Source of the DNA: Bdellovibrionota bacterium
GTDB taxonomy: Bacteria; Bdellovibrionota_G; JALEGL01; DATDPG01
NCBI GenBank assembly: GCA_963668355.1
Contig: OY764265.1
Coordinates: forward strand, 448,001-512,000
Reading direction: 5' to 3'
Length of the DNA: 64,000 bases
How positions within the stretch are numbered: position 1 is the first letter of the stretch; the number at the start of each line of letters is the position of its first letter. This document shows, one piece after another, positions 17,427 through 26,594 of the stretch. Under the pieces are notes generated by a model. That model ran no database searches and had not been told where the DNA came from. It worked only from the letters and a program-made list of their open reading frames with translations. The position numbers and the translations under genes were made by a program.

Positions 17427-18555
17427 TTTCTAGCTCCCAGTTCGAAAACCGAAGGTGTAGCGTCGAATGAGGAATTCCCGATAATTCCTCCAACATTTTG
17501 AAAGAAAATTTCGAATTTGTAAGTGATTTCAACGAAAGAGCTGCTATCAACATACGTTCATCTATTTTCTCTTGATCGTTCCGAAACATTCTTTTCAAGA
17601 AATCGAGAATAGAAACAAAAAGGAAGGGAGTTGTATCATTCCCGTTTGCAATTATTTTTCTCCTTCTAGCATTTTCACAAACCTGTTCAATATCTGAACC
17701 GGTCAGACCATTGGTTGTCCTCAAAAGCAGAGGTTTATACTTTTTGGATATAGTCTCATTTAGATACAATTCGAATAGAGACAAACGATCCATTTCGTCG
17801 GGAGTTTCGAGTTCTAGTACAAATTCAAAACGGCGCCATATGGCCGCATCAAGCATATGGGGATGGTTTGTAGCTGAAATTAGTATTGATCGGCCTGGAG
17901 TTATATCCAGATTTTGGAGCAAAGAAATAACAACTCTCTTTAACTCGCCAAGCTCATTTCGATCATCTCTCAATTTTCCAATGGCATCCAATTCATCAAT
18001 GAACAGTACGCACCGGTTTACAGATACAAAATCAAAAATCGTTCTCAAATTTGCACTAGTTTCACCGAGATATGACGAGATCAAACTATCAAATCTCACA
18101 ATAAAAAGACGAAGCTTCAAAATACTGGCTATATGGTTTGCTAACAACGTCTTCCCACAACCCGGAGGACCGTGGAGGAGTACTGTTCGTCTCGGCTTCA
18201 AACCCTTTGCCTTTAGCCGTTCTTCATTTCGCCATTCCCCCAAAAACTCTGTAATGAGTTCATTTGTGTTCTTTGGAAAAATTGGAATGATCTCGTCGCT
18301 CAACATGACCTCGTGGAGAATTTTTGGTGGACTAGAATTTAATGGACCAGACGGAGACGCGACTGTTCCAAAAGCATCTTCGATCCCCGCTTTGGACACT
18401 GCGATTTCTATTGCCTCATCTATTCTGTGAGCAGCCTGAAAGTGCCTCTTTTTTCTCTCTTCGTCTGCTGCAGCACGACCGATCTTCTCTATTTCGCCCC
18501 AATCTCTGCGCGATATAGCCTCTAAAATTTCAAGAAAGCGTCCAACGGATGGCAT
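17389..18555 (-). CDS. ietA: AAA+ ATPase, IetA-type
   Basis: GPPGCGKT, LFIDELD, ISSYLGETSANL, ELGELKRVV, LDAAIWRRF; C-terminal HTH; 38-bp overlap with the protease. Confidence 0.87.
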   Translation of the reverse strand: MPSVGRFLEILEAISRRDWGEIEKIGRAAADEERKKRHFQAAHRIDEAIEIAVSKAGIEDAFGTVASPSGPLNSSPPKILHEVMLSDEIIPIFPKNTNELITEFLGEWRNEERLKAKGLKPRRTVLLHGPPGCGKTLLANHIASILKLRLFIVRFDSLISSYLGETSANLRTIFDFVSVNRCVLFIDELDAIGKLRDDRNELGELKRVVISLLQNLDITPGRSILISATNHPHMLDAAIWRRFEFVLELETPDEMDRLSLFELYLNETISKKYKPLLLRTTNGLTGSDIEQVCENARRRKIIANGNDTTPFLFVSILDFLKRMFRNDQEKIDERMLIAALSLKSLTNSKFSFKMLEELSGIPHSTLHLRFSNWELENERESTTSPEDK

Positions 18556-18743
18556 TTTACCAACTTCCTTACGAATAAATGATTATAACTACCTATAATC
18601 ACTATAGTAACACACTCATCCAAAAATTGGCAGAAAAGTGGCCCTTTGGATAAAGCTGTTGTTTTGATTCAGAATTTCAATAAACCGCGATCTGGCTTAG
18701 GTCACAAAACCTAATAACATTTTCCCATCCCTCCCCAATTTTC

Positions 18744-19838
18744 TCAAAGGGTGGCACCCTTCTTCTCAGCCGAGAGTACTTTCGGGGGACCAAAACGATC
18801 ATAATCAGAACTATACGCATCGGGCGCCAGATGCGCATATCGCATTGTCATCTGAACCGATTTGTGGCCTAGAATTTTTTGTAGTTTAAAAATATCTCCT
18901 CCTCTCATCACCCAATGAGAGGCGAAGGAGTGTCTCAAGTCGTGAAAAACGATATATCGTCTTTTCTTTCCATTTCTCTCGACTCTTGGAAACCCAGCTC
19001 GATCTAAAGTCTTATGAAAAATTTCTTGAAACACTTGTGACGACTCGCCGTACATCCGTCCACTGTCGTTTGGGAACACAATATCGCCCGGACACTTGAG
19101 TCTCCATGCTCGTAGAAGAGGTAGAATAATGTTCAGAATGGGAACATATCTAATTTCTCCATTCTTTGTCGGCCCATGATAGCTACGCTGAACGGATATG
19201 AGACGTTTTTCAAAATTCACATCCGACCATCGTAAACCTGCAATTTCACCCGCCCTCATACCAGTGTAGACAGCTGTCGCATACAAGACATATGTGCGTT
19301 CGCAATGCATTTTTGCCGCCGAAAGAAATCGATGAATTTCCTTGTCGGAACGTAGGTAATGAAAATCTTTCTCAAACAGTCTGATTTTTGGTTTTCGTAT
19401 TCGCGGCACTTTGGACAACCAATTTTTCTCATGTGCCACTCGGAGCATCGAAATCAAGAGTGTAATGTGATTGTGGAGAGTCTTCTTGTTTAAGTGGGCA
19501 CGTTTAACCTTAAACTGGTCAACGGCCTCGCCAACTTCATCTAAATTCATATTCCCAAAAAAAGGACGTAAATGAGCCCTTACAACGCTCTCGTCGTCTC
19601 TTTTACGCCTCTTCTCGACGCTGAAATGCGACAGGTAGTAGTTGCAGAGATCATTAAATAAAAATTTTTTTGGAACTAGTTCCCTGAGCCCCCTCTTCGC
19701 CTCTTGAGCCTCGGCCTGGTTCCTTGCTAGGGAAAACTTGGCGTCATCAAAAGTGGTGTGAACTTCGCTTTGCCTGTTTCCTTTTTCGTCCGTCCATCGA
19801 ATTCTCCATCCTTTTCCGTGGCGTATCGGTCTCGACAT
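18744..19838 (-). CDS. int: Tyrosine recombinase / phage integrase
   Basis: TGMRAGE, TKNG, HDLRH, LGH, MTMRYAH catalytic residues; N-terminal arm-binding region; adjacent to the tRNA 3' end. Confidence 0.96.
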   Translation of the reverse strand: MSRPIRHGKGWRIRWTDEKGNRQSEVHTTFDDAKFSLARNQAEAQEAKRGLRELVPKKFLFNDLCNYYLSHFSVEKRRKRDDESVVRAHLRPFFGNMNLDEVGEAVDQFKVKRAHLNKKTLHNHITLLISMLRVAHEKNWLSKVPRIRKPKIRLFEKDFHYLRSDKEIHRFLSAAKMHCERTYVLYATAVYTGMRAGEIAGLRWSDVNFEKRLISVQRSYHGPTKNGEIRYVPILNIILPLLRAWRLKCPGDIVFPNDSGRMYGESSQVFQEIFHKTLDRAGFPRVERNGKKRRYIVFHDLRHSFASHWVMRGGDIFKLQKILGHKSVQMTMRYAHLAPDAYSSDYDRFGPPKVLSAEKKGATL

Positions 19839-19873
19839 ATATTTTTGCTATCGCAGGTGAAAAAGATAATCCG

Positions 19874-19901
19874 CTGCAGATTTTTTTAAATTTTCTGCAC
19901 C
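19874..19901. promoter_or_regulatory. 28-bp operator-like site upstream of the integrase
   Basis: CTGCAGATTTTTTTAAATTTTCTGCACC, copy of 15019-15046. Confidence 0.7.
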
Positions 19902-19913
19902 CAGAACCCGAAT

Positions 19914-19932
19914 TGGCCCAAGATTGGCCCAA
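19914..19932. promoter_or_regulatory. Integrase arm-type binding sites (tRNA-proximal end)
   Basis: TGGCCCAAGATTGGCCCAA, identical to 10587-10605. Confidence 0.75.
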
Positions 19933-19972
19933 AAGAAAAAGGCGGGGCCACGATCCGTTTCGTAACCCCGCC
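19931..19972 (-). terminator. Intrinsic terminator after tRNA-fMet (inside the element)
   Basis: Minus strand GGCGGGGTTACGA-loop-TCGTGGCCCCGCC followed by TTTTTCTTTT. Confidence 0.8.
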
Positions 19973-19989
19973 AAATTGTTAGTTAAAAT

Positions 19990-20066
<77 letters not shown>

Positions 20067-20109
20067 ACAAATGTTGGGCTCTTATAAGGAGGGTGTCTTT
20101 GGATGTCAA

Positions 20110-21792
20110 CTACTTGGATGGTCTTTTTGCCAAATTGCTGGCCAGAGCGGAATCCACATGGCATCCGTCAATTTGAAAGTTTTGACAGAAGTCGTGCATT
20201 TCCACGGCCAGTCTGCGAGAGAGCTCGGCTCCATGGTCTTTGGGCGTGTGGGAGAAGGAGAAGAGTGAATTCCCTCGGATACGACTTAAAAAGTCTCGAA
20301 TGGGAGCGGGAATGATGACTTCTCCCACCCATTCCTGTTCGGACGGGTTCAAAGGATGGGGCGCTGGAAGCGCATAGGTAAACCCCGCTTCTCTTAATGG
20401 GTTTTCCAATCCGTGGGTTTTTCTCATATCAATGAGGCGGTCCATCACCGGATCTCCCACAATAAAGGAGGGGCTTACGCCTTGGAGTTGGGGCGAGTGT
20501 CCTCCGGCGGTGAAGAACATGTATTCCGTGAAAGCCAGAACCCGGCCTTTTTGCAGAGGATAGATGCTGGTCACACTGCCTTTTCCATAGGTGGGGCCGC
20601 TTCCAACGACCATGGCTCTTCCGTAGTCGGAAGGGGAAAGCACTTGGGCGATGAGTTCTGCAGCCGAGGCGGTTTTCTCGTTGATCAGTATGATCATGGG
20701 CGCGTAGGTAATTTGTCCGGGGGTTATGGCCCGCTCAACGAGGTTTAAGTCCGGCCTTCCTTCCCGATTCCAAGCGGAAGCTACGGGACCTCGGTCAATG
20801 AAGAGGTCGGCCACTTTTCCGGTTTCTTGGTAGTTTCCTCCGGGGTTCCAACGCAGATCTAAAATGAGGCCTTTGTGGTTGGGGTGTTTTTCAATTTCAT
20901 CTCGAATTTGGTCAGCGACCCCCCCGCCAAACTGAAAGACGCGAAGATGCAATACGTTTTGATCCAAGATTCGGGAACGTACGAAGCGAATGGGAATTTT
21001 TTCGTAGGTGATGCTGAACGAATATGGCCTTCCCTCTCCGTTTAAGATCCGGATTTCAATGCTTTCTCCGGGCGTCCCGTGCAAAAGGTCTGTGAGCTGG
21101 GATTCGTTGAGATCTTGAACGGATGTCATGTTTTGATAGGTGCCCAGGTGGGTGATGCGGTCTCCAGGTTGAACGCGACTTACGTCAGCGGGAGAATCTT
21201 CGTAAACATCCACCACGGTGATGCCTTGGTCGGTTTTGACAAACTCAATGCCCAAGCTGCCACGATTTCCTTGGGATTGCTCCCACAACCGTCGGGCGTT
21301 TTTGTGGCTAAGAATGCGCGAGTGTGGATCCATTTCCATTAAGAACGCGTTGATCCACGCATCCCAGATTTCTCTGGTGGAATACGCGTAGGCGGTGCTT
21401 AAGGAGATGGCACGTGGAAAGTCGCAACTGATTTCCGTTCCGCGATCTGAAATTTCCACGGGATTTTCGTTCGCCAAAAAGTCTCGTAATTTTGGATATT
21501 TTTCCATATCCAATCTGGGCAAGAAGACCGCCAGTTGTTTGGCGGCGCGATTGAGTCGGTCGGCCATTTCTCGATCACTTCTGAGTTTTCGAAAATGTCG
21601 TTCGGTAAGAGTCCCTAAAATCTCTAGGCCTTCCTCGCAAGGCGTGTTTTCTTCATTCAAAATTCCCTGATTATAGGAAGCAGACCATGCGGTATCGATG
21701 GAAGCCAATTGCGGATCGGGCACGGCCTGGACAGACGCGTGGCCACCCCAAAATAAAAGACACAGACAGATGTTCCCCCAGAATCGGCTCAT
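20110..21792 (-). CDS. S41 family C-terminal processing peptidase with PDZ domain
   Basis: Signal peptide from ATG 21792; DPHS, PDZ (GSLGI...SPA), LILDLRWNPGG, TASAAE, TYGKGSV. Confidence 0.88.
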   Translation of the reverse strand: MSRFWGNICLCLLFWGGHASVQAVPDPQLASIDTAWSASYNQGILNEENTPCEEGLEILGTLTERHFRKLRSDREMADRLNRAAKQLAVFLPRLDMEKYPKLRDFLANENPVEISDRGTEISCDFPRAISLSTAYAYSTREIWDAWINAFLMEMDPHSRILSHKNARRLWEQSQGNRGSLGIEFVKTDQGITVVDVYEDSPADVSRVQPGDRITHLGTYQNMTSVQDLNESQLTDLLHGTPGESIEIRILNGEGRPYSFSITYEKIPIRFVRSRILDQNVLHLRVFQFGGGVADQIRDEIEKHPNHKGLILDLRWNPGGNYQETGKVADLFIDRGPVASAWNREGRPDLNLVERAITPGQITYAPMIILINEKTASAAELIAQVLSPSDYGRAMVVGSGPTYGKGSVTSIYPLQKGRVLAFTEYMFFTAGGHSPQLQGVSPSFIVGDPVMDRLIDMRKTHGLENPLREAGFTYALPAPHPLNPSEQEWVGEVIIPAPIRDFLSRIRGNSLFSFSHTPKDHGAELSRRLAVEMHDFCQNFQIDGCHVDSALASNLAKRPSK

Positions 21793-21937
21793 AAACCCCC
21801 CTTTTACGAGCTTTGATTTCTGAATATAAAATTGACGCGCACATGTCAAGATTTTACGCGTGCGCGGCAAAAGAGGTTCTTTTGTGTAGATACGGAAGCA
21901 GTGCATGTCCCCGCAAATCGGGTATCGTTAGGAAAGC

Positions 21938-23524
21938 TTGAGGAAGAAAGGAATAGGACGAGCGGCTGGAACGGTAGGCGGAGCCACCTTCTTGAGCCGT
22001 ATTTTTGGTCTGACGCGGGATCTCTTGTTTGCCGCCCTTTTGGGCGCGGGATTTTTTGCGGATGCCTATGTGATCGCCTTTCGCATTCCGAATTTATTGC
22101 GGGATCTTTTTGCGGAAGGGGCCTTCTCAAACGCGTTTGTTCCCACGTTTACGGATTATCGCCTGAATCGCTCTCGGGAGCAGGCTTGGGCGTTGGGAAA
22201 TTTGGTCCTGGGCGTTTTGCTTCTGGTTGTGGGCCTTTTGACGCTCTTGGGTATTTTTCTGTCTCCCGAGATTGTCTCCCTCATTGCTCCTGGATTTGGT
22301 GAGATTCCTGGCAAACATGAATTGACGGTTCTCTTAACTCGAATCATGTTCCCTTTCCTTCCGGCGATTGCCATGGCCTCTCTATTCATGGGCATGCTCA
22401 ATTCGCATGAGGAGTTTACGGCCCCGGCTTTCGCTCCGGTGTTGTTCAATGTGGTGTCCATTCTATTTGGCCTTTCGCTTTGGTTCATGGGGGCGGGGGG
22501 AAAAGTCGCGGTGGTGGGCTGGTCCATTGGAACGCTTTGTGGGGGCTTGGCTCAAGCAGCCATTCAACTTCCCAAACTTTCGCAATTGGGTTGGAAGATT
22601 CGACCTCGCCTGAAAGGTTGGAAGTCGGAACCGGGTTTGAAGCAAATCGGCCTGTTGATGTTGCCAGCGGTGATTGGGTTATCGGCCACGCAGATCAATA
22701 TTTTGGTTAACACGATTTTGGCGTCTTTATTGGAACAAGGCGCGCCTTCTTGGCTCAATTATGCTTTTCGGCTCATGCAACTGCCCATTGGCGTCTTTGG
22801 CGTGGCGGTAGCGGTGGTCACGCTTTCGAAGGTTTCTCAAGCGGCTGCTGAAGGCTCAGACGAGGATTTTCGGAGTCATTTGGCGGAGTCCTTGGGCTTG
22901 GTTTTTGTTCTAACCATTCCCTGCGCGGTGGGGCTTTGGATTTTGGGAGAGCCCATCATTCGTTTGATTTATGAACGGGGTGCGTTTTTATCCACGGATA
23001 CGTCTGCGACGGCTCAAGCCCTCACCCACTACGCCATTGGTCTTCCCGCATACGCCGCTGTGAAGGTTTTGGCCCCCGCGTTTTACGCTCGAAAAAATGC
23101 GCGCGCGCCCATGTTTGCCAGCATTGCTGCCGTGATCGTGAATATTGTTTTCAATCTGGCGGTGTATCGAACCATGGGCTTTAAAGGATTGGCGTTGGGA
23201 ACGTCCTTGGCGATGATGGTGAACTTGGGGTTATTGACGTTTTGGTTTCAAACGGGTCAGGTGGGTTTGCCACTGTGGAAGTTATCCAAGCGTGTGTTCA
23301 TGATTGGACTCTCTTGCGTTCCGATGGCCTGGGTGGCCCTGGAAGGTCATGGGTATTTAAGCGGACAAGTTCCGGGATTCTTTGGTTATCTTTTGGATAC
23401 ATTGGTGCCCATTGTTCTGGCCGCGTTGGTGTATTTTGCTGGGATCAGTTTCTTGCGCGTTCCAGAAGCGAAATTGGTGCGTGAGGCCTTTTTGAAAATC
23501 GCGCGAAAAGTCATCGGTCGGTAA
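21938..23524 (+). CDS. murJ: Lipid II flippase MurJ
   Basis: LSRIFGLTRD, AFRIPNLLRDLFAEGA, YAFRLMQLPIG; many TM segments. Confidence 0.96.
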   Translation: MRKKGIGRAAGTVGGATFLSRIFGLTRDLLFAALLGAGFFADAYVIAFRIPNLLRDLFAEGAFSNAFVPTFTDYRLNRSREQAWALGNLVLGVLLLVVGLLTLLGIFLSPEIVSLIAPGFGEIPGKHELTVLLTRIMFPFLPAIAMASLFMGMLNSHEEFTAPAFAPVLFNVVSILFGLSLWFMGAGGKVAVVGWSIGTLCGGLAQAAIQLPKLSQLGWKIRPRLKGWKSEPGLKQIGLLMLPAVIGLSATQINILVNTILASLLEQGAPSWLNYAFRLMQLPIGVFGVAVAVVTLSKVSQAAAEGSDEDFRSHLAESLGLVFVLTIPCAVGLWILGEPIIRLIYERGAFLSTDTSATAQALTHYAIGLPAYAAVKVLAPAFYARKNARAPMFASIAAVIVNIVFNLAVYRTMGFKGLALGTSLAMMVNLGLLTFWFQTGQVGLPLWKLSKRVFMIGLSCVPMAWVALEGHGYLSGQVPGFFGYLLDTLVPIVLAALVYFAGISFLRVPEAKLVREAFLKIARKVIGR

Positions 23525-23558
23525 TCCCCTCTCTCATTTGGGCTCTCGTCACGTCTAT

Positions 23559-23607
23559 TTCATATGGACAGCAATACACAAAAAACGTATATTGGTGTCC
23601 ATATGAA
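23559..23607 (+). promoter_or_regulatory. Inverted-repeat operator with embedded sigma70 promoter
   Basis: 21-bp arms (19/21 match) with a 7-nt spacer; contains TGGACA-17-TATATT and overlaps ATG 23603. Confidence 0.75.
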
Positions 23608-24199
23608 TTTGCCTCCCCAGATCACTCAGAGAGTTCGGGAAATCGCCCAGAAAACACGAGGGGTCCTAACTTCAAAGGATCTTAAGCTTCTTCTCGCCCC
23701 CAAAAATTCGCGAGGGTTTCTTTTGCGAATTCAGGATCTCATTGAGGCTGGAGTCATCCGACGTTTTTGCCAAGGAGTGTACGTCTCACCCGAATTCGAT
23801 TGGGAAGTCTTGAGCCAAACGTTGGCCCCCGATTCTTACGTAAGTTTTGAGTTTGTATTATCAAAGAATCTTTTGATTGGTGTCCGTCCAGACCGAGAAA
23901 TTAAAGCCGTCAAGGTCGGAAAGAAACGTGTGTATCAAAATGAAGTGGGCCGAATCATTCATTTGGGCATCAAACCGGAGCTTTTTTTCGGCTTTAACAT
24001 CATCCAAGGCGTAAAAGTCGCAGAAGTCGAAAAGGCCTGGCTAGACACACTCTATTTTCACCAACGTGGCTATTCTTTCTCCTTCGATATTTTTTCAGAT
24101 GTCGACCTTTCAAAAATAAACAAACGAAAACTGAAGGGCTTTTTGAAACGCTATGAAAACTCTAAATTTAGAAGTTTTGCAGAAAGGTTGAGTTTATGA
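23603..24199 (+). CDS. AbiEi-like antitoxin (type IV TA)
   Basis: wHTH (G.IRR...GVY), SYVSFEFVL, LFFGF, AEVEKAWLD.LY motifs; 4-bp overlap with the toxin. Start placed at the second ATG because the first lies inside the promoter. Confidence 0.75.
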   Translation: MNLPPQITQRVREIAQKTRGVLTSKDLKLLLAPKNSRGFLLRIQDLIEAGVIRRFCQGVYVSPEFDWEVLSQTLAPDSYVSFEFVLSKNLLIGVRPDREIKAVKVGKKRVYQNEVGRIIHLGIKPELFFGFNIIQGVKVAEVEKAWLDTLYFHQRGYSFSFDIFSDVDLSKINKRKLKGFLKRYENSKFRSFAERLSL

Positions 24200-24948
24200 C
24201 TATACCTCTACCTTCAGAACTCAATGAAAAAAGCTTAATGCTGTGGTGGATGCATCGCCTGGCAGAGGAATTTAGTCATCAAGCGATTTTGAAAGGGGGA
24301 ATGGCTCTGGCGCTGTTAAATTCTCCCCGCAAAACCAATGACCTTGACTATGTATTCGTTCCTTTTCGCTCTAAGAAAGACATTGAGAAAAAACTGCGAC
24401 AAGTCGCCAAGGAGATTCCAGAAGCTAAAGTCACGCTCTCTCACCATTCTAAAACGCTTCGCATCGCGATCTCAGTAGATGATCTTTCCATCCAGATCGA
24501 AGCCAATGTCGCTCTGGAATGTGAAAGTCTGGTCACAACCACAGCTAGTTTAGCTCAAAGTTTGAACATACTTCCAAAACCCATTCGAATCATGTCTTTG
24601 GATGTGGCCTTGGCTCATAAGCTCGCCGCCTGGAATGAACGTCGATTGTTTCGAGATCTTTTTGATGTTTACTTCTTATTCGAAGTCCAAGGAGAAAAAC
24701 CCGATCTAAAAACACTCGTAAACCGTTTAAGCAAAATTGAATCCAGAATTCCAAAAAACAAAGGCATCAAAAAATTAACCGTTCTTTCTTTTTCAGATTT
24801 GTTGGAGAAAGAACTCCAAAAAATCACGCAAAGCGACCTAGAGGAAGAGTTGGGCGGTATAATCGCACCTGTAGAACTGATCGGGTTGCAACAACGAATG
24901 AAGGCCACACTTGCGCGCCTGGTTCATCATCTTAGGCTCGTGAAATAG
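24196..24948 (+). CDS. AbiEii-family nucleotidyltransferase toxin
   Basis: ILKGGMAL...RKTNDLDY and HKLAAW..R...RDLFD motifs. Confidence 0.85.
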   Translation: MTIPLPSELNEKSLMLWWMHRLAEEFSHQAILKGGMALALLNSPRKTNDLDYVFVPFRSKKDIEKKLRQVAKEIPEAKVTLSHHSKTLRIAISVDDLSIQIEANVALECESLVTTTASLAQSLNILPKPIRIMSLDVALAHKLAAWNERRLFRDLFDVYFLFEVQGEKPDLKTLVNRLSKIESRIPKNKGIKKLTVLSFSDLLEKELQKITQSDLEEELGGIIAPVELIGLQQRMKATLARLVHHLRLVK

Positions 24949-25992
24949 CTATTCGGATGTTTCTACATTCAGTCGCGTGACAACTTCGTCAAATTCTCGA
25001 AGCATCTCGTTGCGCTTTGATTCTGGAACAAATGCGGCGCGAAATCCGTTTCGGGCAATTTCGACTACCTTCTCCCAAGACGGGGAAAAGGCATCCATCA
25101 TGCGGAGGTATTCATCGGTAACTTGAATGCCCGTAAGCAATCGATTGTCCGTACAGAGGGTCAGCGGAACCTCTCGTTCCAAATAACCCTTTAGGGGATG
25201 GTCTTGAAATGTGGGGACCAGGTCGATTTGAACATTGCTGGACGGACAACATTCCAACGGAATCCACGCATCTTTCACGCGCGCTTCCAATTCCGGACTT
25301 TGGTGTAAGGTTCTTCCGTGACCAATGCGTTGGGCTTGGCAAAGGTCGATGGCTTCTTTGATGCTGGGGGGACCATAGTCTTCTCCCGCGTGAACGGTCA
25401 AACCCAGTCCGGCTTCTTTGGCGATGCGAAAGGCTTCGGCATGTTCCCCCGGAGGATTGCCCCATTCGGCATGCGCCAAATCAAACGCCACAACGCGCTC
25501 GGACATCAACTCAACCGCAATCTTCGCAACCTTAACGGACTCTTCCGGCGGCAAGTTTCGCAAGGCACAGATAATTTGATTGGTTTGAATCGGATACGCT
25601 TGTTCGGCGCGTTCCAATCCTTTTCGAATGGATTGAACCACTTCTTGCGGAGACAATCCCTTCTCCGTAGCCAACATCGGCGCAAACCGAACTTCGAGGT
25701 AACGTACGTTTTCTTTGGCCGCATCTTCCGCTAATTCATATGCCACGCGCTCCAACGCTTCTTTGGACTGGAGAACGGCGCATGTATACCCAAAGGCTTC
25801 CAGGAATGTGGGAAGGGATTTCACCTTCTTTCCACAAACCAATTTGGTTTTCAGTTCATCTAAATCAGAGGTGCCTAGATTCACGCCCTCGTCTCGGGCA
25901 ATTTCCAACATGGTTTCGGGTCTAAGGGACCCATCCAGGTGGCAGTGTAGATCGGTCTTCGGCAGTTGACGTACAGCTTCTTGAATATCCAT
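24949..25992 (-). CDS. add: Adenosine deaminase
   Basis: DLHCHLDGS, YLEVRFAP, TVHAGE, RIGHG, CPSSN, TDN motifs. Confidence 0.93.
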   Translation of the reverse strand: MDIQEAVRQLPKTDLHCHLDGSLRPETMLEIARDEGVNLGTSDLDELKTKLVCGKKVKSLPTFLEAFGYTCAVLQSKEALERVAYELAEDAAKENVRYLEVRFAPMLATEKGLSPQEVVQSIRKGLERAEQAYPIQTNQIICALRNLPPEESVKVAKIAVELMSERVVAFDLAHAEWGNPPGEHAEAFRIAKEAGLGLTVHAGEDYGPPSIKEAIDLCQAQRIGHGRTLHQSPELEARVKDAWIPLECCPSSNVQIDLVPTFQDHPLKGYLEREVPLTLCTDNRLLTGIQVTDEYLRMMDAFSPSWEKVVEIARNGFRAAFVPESKRNEMLREFDEVVTRLNVETSE

Positions 25993-26030
25993 CGGCAGAG
26001 TGTAATGAGGATGAAAAAAAAAGAAAGGGC

Positions 26031-26498
26031 TCAGGTATTTTTCTTTTTTTGCGTGCGCTCGGCTTCGAACTCTTGTCGAAGTTTTCCGACGCGCTTGAGA
26101 AGGGTGGAAAGGTCTTCATGAACCTCTTCTTTTCGTTTCCACGGCTTCGACAATTTCTGTTTTTTGCGAAGTTCGTCCAGATCCGGAATGGGCTCGGTGA
26201 CAAAGCGAATTCCTTCATACTCTTTTCCGGTGCTTTCCCGTATGGCTTCCAGAATATGTTCTTTCATGAGTTGGAGATGATGCGACCAAGCCGGGGACTC
26301 CGCAGCAACAATCAATTTGTTTCCTTGAACGCGTTTGGGGAATGTCCGTTTGGCCAGCGCCTCCCCCACGGCATTCGTCCACGCTTTTTGAACTTTATAG
26401 AGTTGCACCAACGAAGCGCCTTTTTTGGCCCCGGGTTGGCCTGCAAAAATATCTCCCAGGGCGACGGGTTTTCCATATCTTTTCCTGCGCTTAGCCAC
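26031..26498 (-). CDS. DUF721 / DciA-family protein
   Basis: W..AVG..LA..T.P, L.V...SPAWSHHL pattern. Confidence 0.8.
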   Translation of the reverse strand: MAKRRKRYGKPVALGDIFAGQPGAKKGASLVQLYKVQKAWTNAVGEALAKRTFPKRVQGNKLIVAAESPAWSHHLQLMKEHILEAIRESTGKEYEGIRFVTEPIPDLDELRKKQKLSKPWKRKEEVHEDLSTLLKRVGKLRQEFEAERTQKKKNT

Positions 26499-26594
26499 GT
26501 TCTTCGTTTCCCAGTTCCGCTCTCGCTTGACAAGGTTTTCCCGCGAAATGTAGGATAAAAAGCGTAACTGTTTTATTTTACAAGTGTTTTTCCT

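Noticed and set aside
17711..18430. 239-aa plus-strand ORF
   Set aside because: Antisense shadow of the AAA ATPase with no independent motifs; the same applies to 47820-48566, 29387-30109 and 40338-41186.
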